From: a virus
Taxonomy: Duplodnaviria; Caudoviricetes
Virus record (IMG/VR): IMGVR_UViG_3300037790_000015
Coordinates: 1 to 29,337 of that record
Length of the DNA: 29,337 nucleotides
Strand: one strand, 5' to 3'
Shown: in pieces, positions 18,602-26,698 of the stretch
How positions within the stretch are numbered: position 1 is the stretch's first letter
How the letters are laid out: every line of letters starts with the position of its first letter
Notes under the pieces: model-generated
Database searches by the model: none
What the model saw: only the letters and a program-made list of their open reading frames with translations
Told to the model about the DNA's origin: nothing
Made by a program: the position numbers and the translations under genes

Positions 18602-19285
18602 ATGAATAAATCGACGATTGATGACCACCGAAGAAAGCGCATGAAAGAACTGGTAGAGCTTTACGGCTCTCAGGCTGCGCTCGCGGATCAAATGGATGTC
18701 ACGCCAGGTTACTTATCTCAAGTAATGCGAGCTGGTAGGCATTTTAGTGAAAAAACTGCAAGAAAGTTTGAAGAACTGCTTTCACTGCCTCGCCTATGGC
18801 TTGATATTGATGAACTCAACGACTTTGAGAATGTGGCAATCAAAAATCAGCCGGATGGTGATTTCATAACAATCCAGCAGTACACGGATGTGAGGGGAGC
18901 TATGGGTAAAGGTGCATATCTACTCGAAACAGAGGGAGAAGTTATCGACTGGCGTGTTACGCCTGAATGGGCCAGCAGTCACTTACCTGCGAATACCGGC
19001 CTGGACAATCTGCGTATCATTACAGGCCTGGGCGACTCGATGAAGGGTCTCTATAACTCTGGTGATCCATTGATTGTTGATACCGGCATCAATGCGGTTG
19101 ATTTCGACGCGGTTTACTTCTTCCGTATTGGTGATGAGGGTTATGTGAAGCGGCTGCAGAAAACGCCAGGCGGAATTTTGGTTATCTCACAGAACCCAGA
19201 CTACAGGGACTGGACAATTACCGGGGATATGGATTTAGAGGTCTTTGGCCGGGTGCTTAAGGTGTGGGAAGGCAAAGACCTCTAA
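18602..19285 (+). CDS. cI: CI repressor (XRE HTH + S24 peptidase)
   Basis: N-terminal HTH, 'AMGKG' cleavage region, 'GDSM' catalytic Ser, 'YVKRL' catalytic Lys. Confidence 0.92.
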   Translation: MNKSTIDDHRRKRMKELVELYGSQAALADQMDVTPGYLSQVMRAGRHFSEKTARKFEELLSLPRLWLDIDELNDFENVAIKNQPDGDFITIQQYTDVRGAMGKGAYLLETEGEVIDWRVTPEWASSHLPANTGLDNLRIITGLGDSMKGLYNSGDPLIVDTGINAVDFDAVYFFRIGDEGYVKRLQKTPGGILVISQNPDYRDWTITGDMDLEVFGRVLKVWEGKDL

Positions 19286-19290
19286 TCAAT

Positions 19291-19503
19291 ATGGAAGTAG
19301 TTGGCACTATTGCGCTATTAATTCTTGCAACATACCTGCTTACTCGTCGATGGCTTTGGGTTTGGGCGCTTTTTCTATCCGCCCTTGCTTCATTGTTTGC
19401 GATGATTGCCAGCATCATCCATTTTCAGATCCTGGGCGCGCTTGGCTTTTTCATTCTATCCGCATTACTTTTCAGTCTCACATCATTCATTTCTGAGCGG
19501 TGA
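19291..19503 (+). CDS. small multi-TM membrane protein (immunity-region cargo)
   Basis: ATG at 19291 just after the cI stop; 70 aa, almost entirely hydrophobic. Confidence 0.65.
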   Translation: MEVVGTIALLILATYLLTRRWLWVWALFLSALASLFAMIASIIHFQILGALGFFILSALLFSLTSFISER

Positions 19504-19571
19504 GCTATTACTTAAAATTCATTAATGGTGTGAAAAAGGTTGTTCGCTGGGTCTGGCGGAAGTTCTAACTG

Positions 19572-19892
19572 TTACCTGCTCTCCACAACCACATCAGGCG
19601 CTGACTCGTAGTATGGCCGCTGCAACTCAGGATCACCTTTCGCCAAACACCTAAAAGTCACCTCGTAGACACTTCTTGCCCGATCTTTACCTGAGCTGGT
19701 ATTTGTTACCAGTATTTCCTTACCCATTGACTGACATTGACCGCTGGCCTCTGTCAGCGCAATCTGCTTAGCGTTGCTGGCTCCAAGCGCGTCTGCTGTA
19801 ACACTGAATGTATCAGGCCCCATTTTCATGACTCCAGTTGATTGAGCGCATCCGGTTAAAGTCAGCACAGCAAAAATAGCAATCTTCTTCAT
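19572..19892 (-). CDS. lipoprotein (possible superinfection exclusion)
   Basis: MKKIAIFAVLTLTGC lipobox; lies in the cI-pL interval. Confidence 0.7.
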   Translation of the reverse strand: MKKIAIFAVLTLTGCAQSTGVMKMGPDTFSVTADALGASNAKQIALTEASGQCQSMGKEILVTNTSSGKDRARSVYEVTFRCLAKGDPELQRPYYESAPDVVVESR

Positions 19893-19990
19893 TTCTCTTC
19901 CTTGTGTTTTCGATAAGCAACACTTTATCACCGCAAAAACAAAAAACCATCCCCCAAAAAGGTATTTATAACTGGCTGAAAAGCACGGTA

Positions 19991-20053
19991 TTTAGCAAAT
20001 TAAGCAGAATATTTAGCATTTGCTTGACTTTAATATTCAGCATTTGCTAAAGT
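19991..20053 (+). promoter_or_regulatory. OL operators and pL
   Basis: TTAGCATTTGCTTG, TCAGCATTTGCTAA and a half site TTAGCAAAT match the OR motif. Promoter is TTGACT(20024)-18-TAAAGT with an extended TG. Confidence 0.8.
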
Positions 20054-20180
20054 CTTATCCAACAGTCACAGAAACACCGGCAAACAGTGATGGATAAACA
20101 CGAGAAAACCCAAGCAGCCGGTTTCTGGATTGACTAGCACAGGCCAAGCGCCACGCGAATCAATCAGGGCTGAATATTTA

Positions 20181-20309
20181 TGAGGTGCGGCGTGGAAAGC
20201 AGACACGCGGGAAGGGCGGGAACAAGCGCCCACGGAAGTTCCGGCTATCAGCACAATCACAGAGGCGCACTGATAGCGGCAGCCGGAGTAGCGACCGGCC
20301 ACCTCGCCA
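20181..20309 (+). ncRNA. tRNA-like structured element, copy 1
   Basis: TGAGGTG/CACCTCG closing stem, GCGTG-GAAAGCAGA-CACGC arm, GCCGG-AGTAGCGA-CCGGC arm, ends in CCA; both arms are repeated at 23923. Confidence 0.65.
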
Positions 20310-20331
20310 GAATCGGATAAGGAGATAGGGA

Positions 20332-20502
20332 ATGAATACACAGCAAGTAGGCACCTGCTCAGTGGAAATCAAAACCACACCAGCAAAGCCGTCAATACTG
20401 CATTTCATGTTGGGCACAGCAATGCTGGTTTTTGTAGCCACGATGCTGCTGATGACTTTTCTTCCCTATCTCGTTCAATTTTCTACAGGAGTGCTGTCAT
20501 GA
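20332..20502 (+). CDS. 56-aa single-TM protein, first pL gene
   Basis: TAAGGAG RBS; hydrophobic ILHFMLGTAMLVFVATMLLMTFLPYLV; ATGA coupling to the next gene. Confidence 0.6.
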   Translation: MNTQQVGTCSVEIKTTPAKPSILHFMLGTAMLVFVATMLLMTFLPYLVQFSTGVLS

Positions 20503-20885
20503 ACGACCCAGTAATTAGCGACTTCAACAAACACGACGCCGAGACTCAGCGTGAGCTTGATAAGCAGGAATGGATTGAAGAACGCGCCACAGAGATTGCA
20601 GAACAGATTATCTCAACCGGCTACGAGCTTAACGGTGCGACATACAAGATTGCCGATGTGCTGCAATTTATTGCTGACAGCACAACCCTGACTATCAGTT
20701 ACGAAGTCATGCTGTCCGGCATCGTCACCAACACAGGCGCTGACCAGCTCATCAGAACTGAAAACCTCTCAGCCTGGATTAAAGAGCAGGCAATCGAACT
20801 GGCAACGCCACTGGCAGAGCTGGAAGCGGAAGAAGTCGAGAGTTTTGAGACTGTGCCGCATTACTTACGGAGGCAGGCGGTATGA
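20499..20885 (+). CDS. hypothetical acidic protein ending in an FtsZ-tail-like peptide
   Basis: AGGAG RBS; C-terminus ETVPHYLRRQAV. Confidence 0.65.
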   Translation: MNDPVISDFNKHDAETQRELDKQEWIEERATEIAEQIISTGYELNGATYKIADVLQFIADSTTLTISYEVMLSGIVTNTGADQLIRTENLSAWIKEQAIELATPLAELEAEEVESFETVPHYLRRQAV

Positions 20886-21145
20886 GTTATACGAAAGGGC
20901 CTTGGATTGCCTCTGAGAATGTTTATGCAGATGCGGGTATGGCTGGAGGAGTAGAGGTTTGCTTTATTAATAAAGAGTTTGTAGCGCATCAAGCCAACGC
21001 CAAGCTAATAGCAGCGGCTCCTGATTTGCTAGAGGCGCTTGAGCATCTTGTGGCCCAGCTTGAGACCTACGGCTTCGATACTGGCGCACATTTCGGGCTG
21101 GGCATTAAACAAGCCCACAAAGCAATCGCCAAAGCCAAATCATGA
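20882..21145 (+). CDS. hypothetical phage protein
   Basis: Common phage motif 'TKGPW...ANAKLIAAAPDLLEAL'. Confidence 0.75.
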   Translation: MSYTKGPWIASENVYADAGMAGGVEVCFINKEFVAHQANAKLIAAAPDLLEALEHLVAQLETYGFDTGAHFGLGIKQAHKAIAKAKS

Positions 21146-21342
21146 ACAAGTTTATCAACAGCAATATCGGCCTTTTATTCGCATTAACGATGCTGATATG
21201 TGCAGCGGGCGTGGAGAACAAAATGCTTGAAGGATTCGATAGCCAAGTTGGCGACAAAGCCGCTGACTTTTTTAAACAAACATTCGGGCAAGAGCCTGAG
21301 CAGCAGACAGAAGACAATGACAAGGAGTTGACTGATGAGTAA
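21142..21342 (+). CDS. hypothetical membrane-anchored protein
   Basis: N-terminal hydrophobic stretch; coupled to its neighbours. Confidence 0.5.
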   Translation: MNKFINSNIGLLFALTMLICAAGVENKMLEGFDSQVGDKAADFFKQTFGQEPEQQTEDNDKELTDE

Positions 21343-22276
21343 TCAACTATCAGTACGCGAAACAAAAGTGATGGATGCTTTTGCGCTGGACAGTATCAAG
21401 GAACAGCTAAACAGCCTGCTGTCCAGCAATCCGAAAAAGATTGAAGCATTCAAAACTCGAATCTTAAAAATGAGCCTGAGCTATGGCATGGACAAATGCA
21501 CGCCAGAATCAATCATCAACTGCGGTATTCAGGCGCTGACACTCGACCTGCCTTTAGAAGCTGGTCAGGGCTATATCGTCAACTATGGCGGCACAGCATC
21601 TTTCGACTGCGGCTATAAAGGCTGGCAGGTGCTGGCTAAGCGCGCTGGTTACTCCGTTGTTGCTGATGTCGTGTATGAGTGCGACGAGTTCCACCAGTCC
21701 GGCTTTGGTTTCGACAGGGAGATCGTATTTAACCCTGACCACAGCCGACGTAACGGCTCTGATGACGCATGGGCCAAGCAGAACCTGACCGGCGTTATCG
21801 TCTCCATTCTGGAAGACAAAACCGGCAACAAAACACACGCCTTTGTCGCTGCCGACATGATCAGAAAGATTATTGGCATGTCGCCCAGCGCTGGGAAAGA
21901 AGGTAAAGGCGGGAAAAAATACAGTCCTCACGACAACTGGGCTGAGCAAATGTTTGCGGCTAAGGCTATCAAACAGGTGCTTTCCAAGTTCCCGATTGAC
22001 CTAGCTGAATCTCAGCTTGCTGAGGCTATGGGTATCGTCAACAACACCGAGCAAATGGCACAGCAGGCAGCAGCATCAGAATCCAAAGAATACCCACAAG
22101 AGCGCTTGGATGAAATGTTTCCGAAGTGGAAAGAACTGGTTGAAGAAGGCAAAAAACCAGCAATGGCGATCATCACACAGCTCTCAAACACCTACCGCCT
22201 CAGCCCTTCCCAGTTGGAGAAGGTTTTCAAGCTGAAAGAGTACGAGCCACTTGAGGGAGAAGTTGCAAATGCTTAG
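21335..22276 (+). CDS. recT: RecT-family single-strand annealing protein
   Basis: 'KCTPESIINC...L.L....GQGYIVNYG...GYKG...LA.R', 'VYECDEF', 'W.EQM..K.IK'. Confidence 0.88.
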   Translation: MSNQLSVRETKVMDAFALDSIKEQLNSLLSSNPKKIEAFKTRILKMSLSYGMDKCTPESIINCGIQALTLDLPLEAGQGYIVNYGGTASFDCGYKGWQVLAKRAGYSVVADVVYECDEFHQSGFGFDREIVFNPDHSRRNGSDDAWAKQNLTGVIVSILEDKTGNKTHAFVAADMIRKIIGMSPSAGKEGKGGKKYSPHDNWAEQMFAAKAIKQVLSKFPIDLAESQLAEAMGIVNNTEQMAQQAAASESKEYPQERLDEMFPKWKELVEEGKKPAMAIITQLSNTYRLSPSQLEKVFKLKEYEPLEGEVANA

Positions 22277-23096
22277 TGAAGAAATGCTGATCGCACGCGC
22301 TGGCAACTTTACGGCCAGCGAAAACCATCGCCTTATGGCTGGCTGGGATATTCCGGAGCCAGACAAAGACTTCAAAGGCTTCAAAGAGGTTTACGCAGTC
22401 ATCAAGCCGCTTTATGAGGCTGGTGAGCGCAGGTTTTTGGTCGGTGATTTGGCTGGAAAGTTCAAGTTCAAGCTGACCGGCGAAATGATTCAAAAAACGC
22501 TGACAGTGATTAAGGCAGAAATACCACCAACCGGCCTTGTGACCTACGCAGAAGAAAAGGCAATGGAAACACTGTTTGAGCCAGACCCAAGCCTGAACTT
22601 TAGCACTGTACATACGCAGAACGGTGAGGAACGCGAACTGGAATGCATGATGAAGCTATCAGAAGTCGTTGGTCGTGAGTTTCTGCATACCGGCGACGAT
22701 CAGATCCACATTCACAGCAATGAGGTCGGCTGCACGCCGGATGGAGTCCTGTTTGATGACATCGACCTGGTTGAAACCGGCGCAGAGGTAAAGTGCAAAA
22801 GCCCGCTGGTTCATGCAAAGAACCTGCTGATTGACACGAATCAAGACTTGATGGAAGCAGCCTTTGACCATTTTGTGCAGGTTCAGACCGCCATGCTGGC
22901 AACTGGTTCTGACCACTGGTATTTCGCCAACTACAACCCATACGCCAAGCGAAAAGATATGCAGTTCAAACACATCATCGTTGAGCGTGACGAGGCGTTT
23001 ATCAAGATTCTCGCTAAGCGTATCGAATTGGCTAAGGCGATTAAGGCCGATTTTCTGGATAAGTTTGAACCAAAAAAGATTAAGGAAGCAGCATAA
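22269..23096 (+). CDS. YqaJ/lambda-exonuclease family protein
   Basis: 'R.G.FTAS', 'G.ERE', 'GCTPDG', 'EVKCK', 'QVQ..M', 'YFANYNP'; start MLSEE at 22269. Confidence 0.85.
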   Translation: MLSEEMLIARAGNFTASENHRLMAGWDIPEPDKDFKGFKEVYAVIKPLYEAGERRFLVGDLAGKFKFKLTGEMIQKTLTVIKAEIPPTGLVTYAEEKAMETLFEPDPSLNFSTVHTQNGEERELECMMKLSEVVGREFLHTGDDQIHIHSNEVGCTPDGVLFDDIDLVETGAEVKCKSPLVHAKNLLIDTNQDLMEAAFDHFVQVQTAMLATGSDHWYFANYNPYAKRKDMQFKHIIVERDEAFIKILAKRIELAKAIKADFLDKFEPKKIKEAA

Positions 23097-23106
23097 GGAG
23101 CAAGCA

Positions 23107-23406
23107 ATGGCATCAAGAAAGAAATACACAACAGAAAAAGTTCTCTATTTCGCAAGTCGTGAGGAAGGTCTTCACGTTGATATTGACGAGAGCAGCAGAA
23201 CAGACCTCTCAGAACTGGTTTACAAGCTTCTCAACCAGAAAATGCTTGAGCGTGTGGCTGAGGACGATAGCGGAGCTTACTACAAGACGACAGTGAAAGG
23301 TGAGATCAGGCTGACCGAACTGCAAATTGAGTGGCGCTCAAGTAATGGCAAGCCCGTTGGAAACCATAAAAACTACTTAGAGCAGTTAAAAACGGAGGCA
23401 GTATGA
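23107..23406 (+). CDS. hypothetical protein (possible wHTH)
   Basis: TAAGGAG RBS; start MASRKK at 23107; 'Y.TT.KG' winged-helix-like end. Confidence 0.6.
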   Translation: MASRKKYTTEKVLYFASREEGLHVDIDESSRTDLSELVYKLLNQKMLERVAEDDSGAYYKTTVKGEIRLTELQIEWRSSNGKPVGNHKNYLEQLKTEAV

Positions 23407-23831
23407 GCGTCAATCGCGTAACACTTATTGGTCGCCTGGGCGCAGAGCCTGAGTCTCGGAGCTTCCCTTCTGGCGGCAGCGTCTGCAATCTGCGTGTCGC
23501 TACCAGCGAAACCTGGAAAGACAAGCAAACCGGCGAGCGCCAAGAGCGCACCGAGTGGCACAGAGTGGTGTTAAGAAACAAGCTTGGCGAGATTGCTCAG
23601 CAGTATTTGCACAAAGGCTCGCAGGTCTATCTTGAAGGCAGAGTCCAGACCCGTAAATGGCAGAACCAGCAAGGGCAAGACCAGTACACCACCGAAGTCG
23701 TGTGTCATGAAATGACGATGCTGGATAGCAAGGGCGACAACTCCGCGTCAGTGAATAACGCACCTCAACCAGCAGCGGCACAGGCCGGGCCGGATTATGG
23801 CAACGATATGGATGACGAGATCCCATTTTAA
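23403..23831 (+). CDS. ssb: single-stranded DNA-binding protein
   Basis: '[13 protein letters not shown]', 'TEWHRVV', '[12 protein letters not shown]', C-terminal DDEIPF. Confidence 0.96.
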   Translation: MSVNRVTLIGRLGAEPESRSFPSGGSVCNLRVATSETWKDKQTGERQERTEWHRVVLRNKLGEIAQQYLHKGSQVYLEGRVQTRKWQNQQGQDQYTTEVVCHEMTMLDSKGDNSASVNNAPQPAAAQAGPDYGNDMDDEIPF

Positions 23832-23922
23832 CAACCGGAGCGAGTGGCTGGCGTAACCAGCCTTGTATTACAGAGCAGCCCTTGCCTTTTTTGTTTTGGC
23901 CCTTGCTCAGGTTGTTCTCTAA

Positions 23923-24035
23923 TGCGGTGCGGCGTGGAAAGCAGACACGCATGGGTTTAAGAGCTACCCACCACGTAAAGGCCGAAGCTCTGGACAAAAG
24001 GCCCTAGATAGCCGGAGTAGCGACCGGCCACCGCA
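23923..24035 (+). ncRNA. tRNA-like structured element, copy 2
   Basis: TGCGGTG/CACCGCA closing stem with the same two arms as copy 1 and a different interior. Confidence 0.65.
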
Positions 24036-24058
24036 GACTTAATGACAAGGAGTAAGGC

Positions 24059-24907
24059 ATGACAGGACAAATTAAATCACCAGTTATGAGGTATCACGGT
24101 GCCAAGTTTCGCCTGGCGGAATGGGTCATGTCTTTCTTTCCTGCTCATGAATGCTATGTCGAGCCTTTTGGCGGTGCTGCAGGAGTGCTAATGCAAAAGC
24201 AACGCAGTTATGCAGAGGTTTACAACGACCTAGATAAAGAGGTGGTCAATGTGTTTCAGGTACTCAGAGATCCTGAAATGGCAAAACGCCTGATAGAGCA
24301 ATGCCAACTTACGCCATTCTCAAGAGAAGAGTTTATCAGGGCATACGAAGAGACAGATGATCCCATTGAGATGGCTAGACGCATGCTGTTCAGGTCGCAG
24401 GCCGGATTCGGTACCGGTGCTGCATCAGGAAATACATCAGGTTTCAGAAGTGATAGCAAGCGTTCTTACTCGTTGTCATCACATATTTGGGGGCGGTACC
24501 CGGAAAACATCGCCGCATTCTGCGAACGCCTGCAGGGCGTGATCATTGAGAACCGTCCGGCAATAGATCTAATTGCTGCACATGACTCACCTGAAACGCT
24601 TTTCTTTGTAGATCCACCCTATGTGCTGGATACCCGTAAAAGGTCTGGCCAGAAAACCTATCGCCACGAAATGACCGATGACGATCATGTCCAGCTGCTG
24701 GATATGCTGAATCAGGTTCAGGGTTATGTCGTCCTGAGTGGTTACCCATCTGAGCTTTATTCATCCCGGTTAACACACTGGAGTTTGCACCAGAAAACTG
24801 CGAGGGCATCAGGTTTTCGTGGAACGGTACCACGCACTGAGTGTGCATGGTTAAACCCGAAATGTGCTGCAGCAGTTCAACAGCCGCAGCTGGAGTTAGA
24901 AGCATGA
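24059..24907 (+). CDS. DNA adenine methyltransferase (Dam/D12 class)
   Basis: 'RYHGAK', 'YVEPFGGAAGV', 'EVYNDLD', 'DPPY'. Confidence 0.92.
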   Translation: MTGQIKSPVMRYHGAKFRLAEWVMSFFPAHECYVEPFGGAAGVLMQKQRSYAEVYNDLDKEVVNVFQVLRDPEMAKRLIEQCQLTPFSREEFIRAYEETDDPIEMARRMLFRSQAGFGTGAASGNTSGFRSDSKRSYSLSSHIWGRYPENIAAFCERLQGVIIENRPAIDLIAAHDSPETLFFVDPPYVLDTRKRSGQKTYRHEMTDDDHVQLLDMLNQVQGYVVLSGYPSELYSSRLTHWSLHQKTARASGFRGTVPRTECAWLNPKCAAAVQQPQLELEA

Positions 24908-25197
24908 CACAAATCGGCTACTGCACCACCTGCACCAACCCTGACTGCAACGCGCCGCGCGTGATGCAACACCCGCAACGCGACTGCCCGAAAGGCCAGG
25001 CATGGACAGACGGCAACCCGATCAAGATTCGCCAGCGCGACATCATCCAGGTTGACCACAAAAGAGACTTTTTCAAAGGCATGCCCGACGGCAGCACCGT
25101 GACCCGCCGCCTCGACCAATGCCCGAAATGCACCGGCCACATGCCCGGACTCACCTGCAACGACTGCGGGTATGAATTTGAATTGGAGGGAGTATGA
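24904..25197 (+). CDS. Cys-rich zinc-finger protein
   Basis: Start MTQIGYC at 24904; several CxxC motifs. Confidence 0.6.
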   Translation: MTQIGYCTTCTNPDCNAPRVMQHPQRDCPKGQAWTDGNPIKIRQRDIIQVDHKRDFFKGMPDGSTVTRRLDQCPKCTGHMPGLTCNDCGYEFELEGV

Positions 25198-25811
25198 AGG
25201 TTTTAGTTGCCTGCGAATATTCCGGCAGAGTCCGTGATGCCTTTATCAGGGGGGGGTATGACGCCATGAGTTGCGACTTACTGCCAACTGATTCACCCGG
25301 GCCTCATTATCAGGGAAACGTGCTGGATATTCTGGATGATGGCTGGGACATGATGGTTGCACATCCACCGTGCACGAGACTGACAAACAGCGGCGTCCGC
25401 TGGCTTAAAAACCCGCCTCCCGGGAAAACGCTTGAACAGATTTGGACAGAGTTCTTTGAGGCGGTGGAGTTTTACAAAGCGTTGAGAAATGCACCGATTC
25501 CAAAGAAAGCCATTGAGAACCCAGTTATGCACGTTTATGCCCGGGCAGCGCTTGGACGGATTAAACGCCATGTTGTTCAGCCTTGGTGGTTTGGTGATGA
25601 AGCATTCAAGGCAACTGGTTTTGAACTGATTGGCCTGCCAGAGCTTGAACCTACAAACAAACTGGATACACCAGAACCCGGCACAGAAGAACATAAAGCA
25701 TGGTCCTGGGTTCACCGGTGCCCGCCCGGGCCAGACAGATGGAAAATCAGAAGCACAACTTTCCCGGGTGTGGCTAACGCAATGGCAGAGCAATGGGGAG
25801 CAGCCTCATGA
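25194..25811 (+). CDS. short C5-cytosine methyltransferase-like protein
   Basis: 'KVLVACEYSG.VRDAF', 'SCDL', 'AHPPCT', 'IENP', 'RS.TFPG.A.AMA.QWG'. Confidence 0.8.
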   Translation: MKVLVACEYSGRVRDAFIRGGYDAMSCDLLPTDSPGPHYQGNVLDILDDGWDMMVAHPPCTRLTNSGVRWLKNPPPGKTLEQIWTEFFEAVEFYKALRNAPIPKKAIENPVMHVYARAALGRIKRHVVQPWWFGDEAFKATGFELIGLPELEPTNKLDTPEPGTEEHKAWSWVHRCPPGPDRWKIRSTTFPGVANAMAEQWGAAS

Positions 25812-25951
25812 CCACCCGCAACTACAAATGCACCCGCTGTCATCACGACTGGGAAGCACATCAATCACCACACGACGAAAACCTTGTTTTCTGCCCGTGG
25901 TGCGACAAACCCACATCTGAGGCTGTTAAGGAAACGGAGGAAGAAGGATGA
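25808..25951 (+). CDS. 47-aa zinc-ribbon protein
   Basis: YKCTRCHH...FCPWC; ATGA-coupled on both sides. Confidence 0.6.
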   Translation: MTTRNYKCTRCHHDWEAHQSPHDENLVFCPWCDKPTSEAVKETEEEG

Positions 25952-26094
25952 GCAATTACAAAGGCTACGCCATTGTTGCGAGCCCAGAAGATAACACCTG
26001 GGATATTTGGGACAACAGCATGCTTAACTGGGTTGAGTCAGGCTTTGAAACACTGGAAGACGCCCAATTATTTATTGACGAAATGACAGCTTAG
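25948..26094 (+). CDS. 48-aa hypothetical protein
   Basis: MSNYKGYAIV...FETLEDAQLFIDEMTA; GGAGG RBS. Confidence 0.55.
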   Translation: MSNYKGYAIVASPEDNTWDIWDNSMLNWVESGFETLEDAQLFIDEMTA

Positions 26095-26106
26095 GAGGAT
26101 AGCAAA

Positions 26107-26292
26107 TTGTTGATCTTAACCAGAAGCGTAGGCGAATCACTCATCATCGGCGACGACGTTGTAGTCAACGTCCTCGGCGTCAAAGGTAACCAGGTCAGAA
26201 TTGGTGTCGATGCCCCAAAAGACGTCTCTGTTCACCGTGAAGAAGTCTACCAAGCCATTCAGGCTGAGAAGCCAAAGGTGGTGCAGTCATGA
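26107..26292 (+). CDS. csrA: carbon storage regulator CsrA/RsmA homologue
   Basis: [42 protein letters not shown]; TTG start with AGGAGG RBS. Confidence 0.95.
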   Translation: MLILTRSVGESLIIGDDVVVNVLGVKGNQVRIGVDAPKDVSVHREEVYQAIQAEKPKVVQS

Positions 26293-26522
26293 ACCACAAA
26301 TTAAAGATTACCGAGGAGCGGCTTGAGAACCTGCTATCTGGCATAAAGAAAGTCGAGATTCGAATAAACGATTGTGACTACCATCGCGGGGACACGCTGG
26401 AATTTGTTGAAAACAAGTTCAGCAGCACTGTGGTGAAGCACGTTTTTGCAATCACACACATTCATAGTGGATTGGGTTTACAGCCCAACTATGTGGCGCT
26501 CTCTGTGGAGAAACTACCATGA
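26289..26522 (+). CDS. ASCH/DUF3850-like protein
   Basis: 'HKLKI......SG.KK.EIR.ND.DY..GD.L....ITH....GL...YV.LS'. Confidence 0.75.
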   Translation: MNHKLKITEERLENLLSGIKKVEIRINDCDYHRGDTLEFVENKFSSTVVKHVFAITHIHSGLGLQPNYVALSVEKLP

Positions 26523-26698
26523 TCAGAAAAGCAGAACTCACACAAGCACTGGCGCTATTAGGTGGCGAAATGAACCGTCCGCTTACCAATATGAATCCAT
26601 TCAGTTATTCGGCACCACGCAGAGGCAAATACGGCAGGAATCTGAACCGCACCTGCAAACTCCTGCGCCGACTGAAAACGACTTGTTGAGGTGAACCC

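Noticed and set aside
20250-20270. Variable loop of element 1 as an antisense guide to a phage gene
   Set aside because: The only match noticed by eye was 9 nt (CACAGAGGC) in cII, in the sense orientation, which is chance level.
22864-23106. Long N-terminal extension of ORF 22864-23406
   Set aside because: It overlaps the exonuclease gene; a strong TAAGGAG RBS supports the start at 23107.
20181-24035. Repeat-variable-repeat elements as a CRISPR mini-array or as canonical tRNAs
   Set aside because: The left and right constant parts differ from each other, there are only two dispersed copies and no cas genes. There is no TTC T-loop or 7-nt anticodon arm.
26519-26689. 56-codon [12 protein letters not shown]...
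   Set aside because: It is ATGA-coupled and may be real, but it has no recognisable features, so it was not called.
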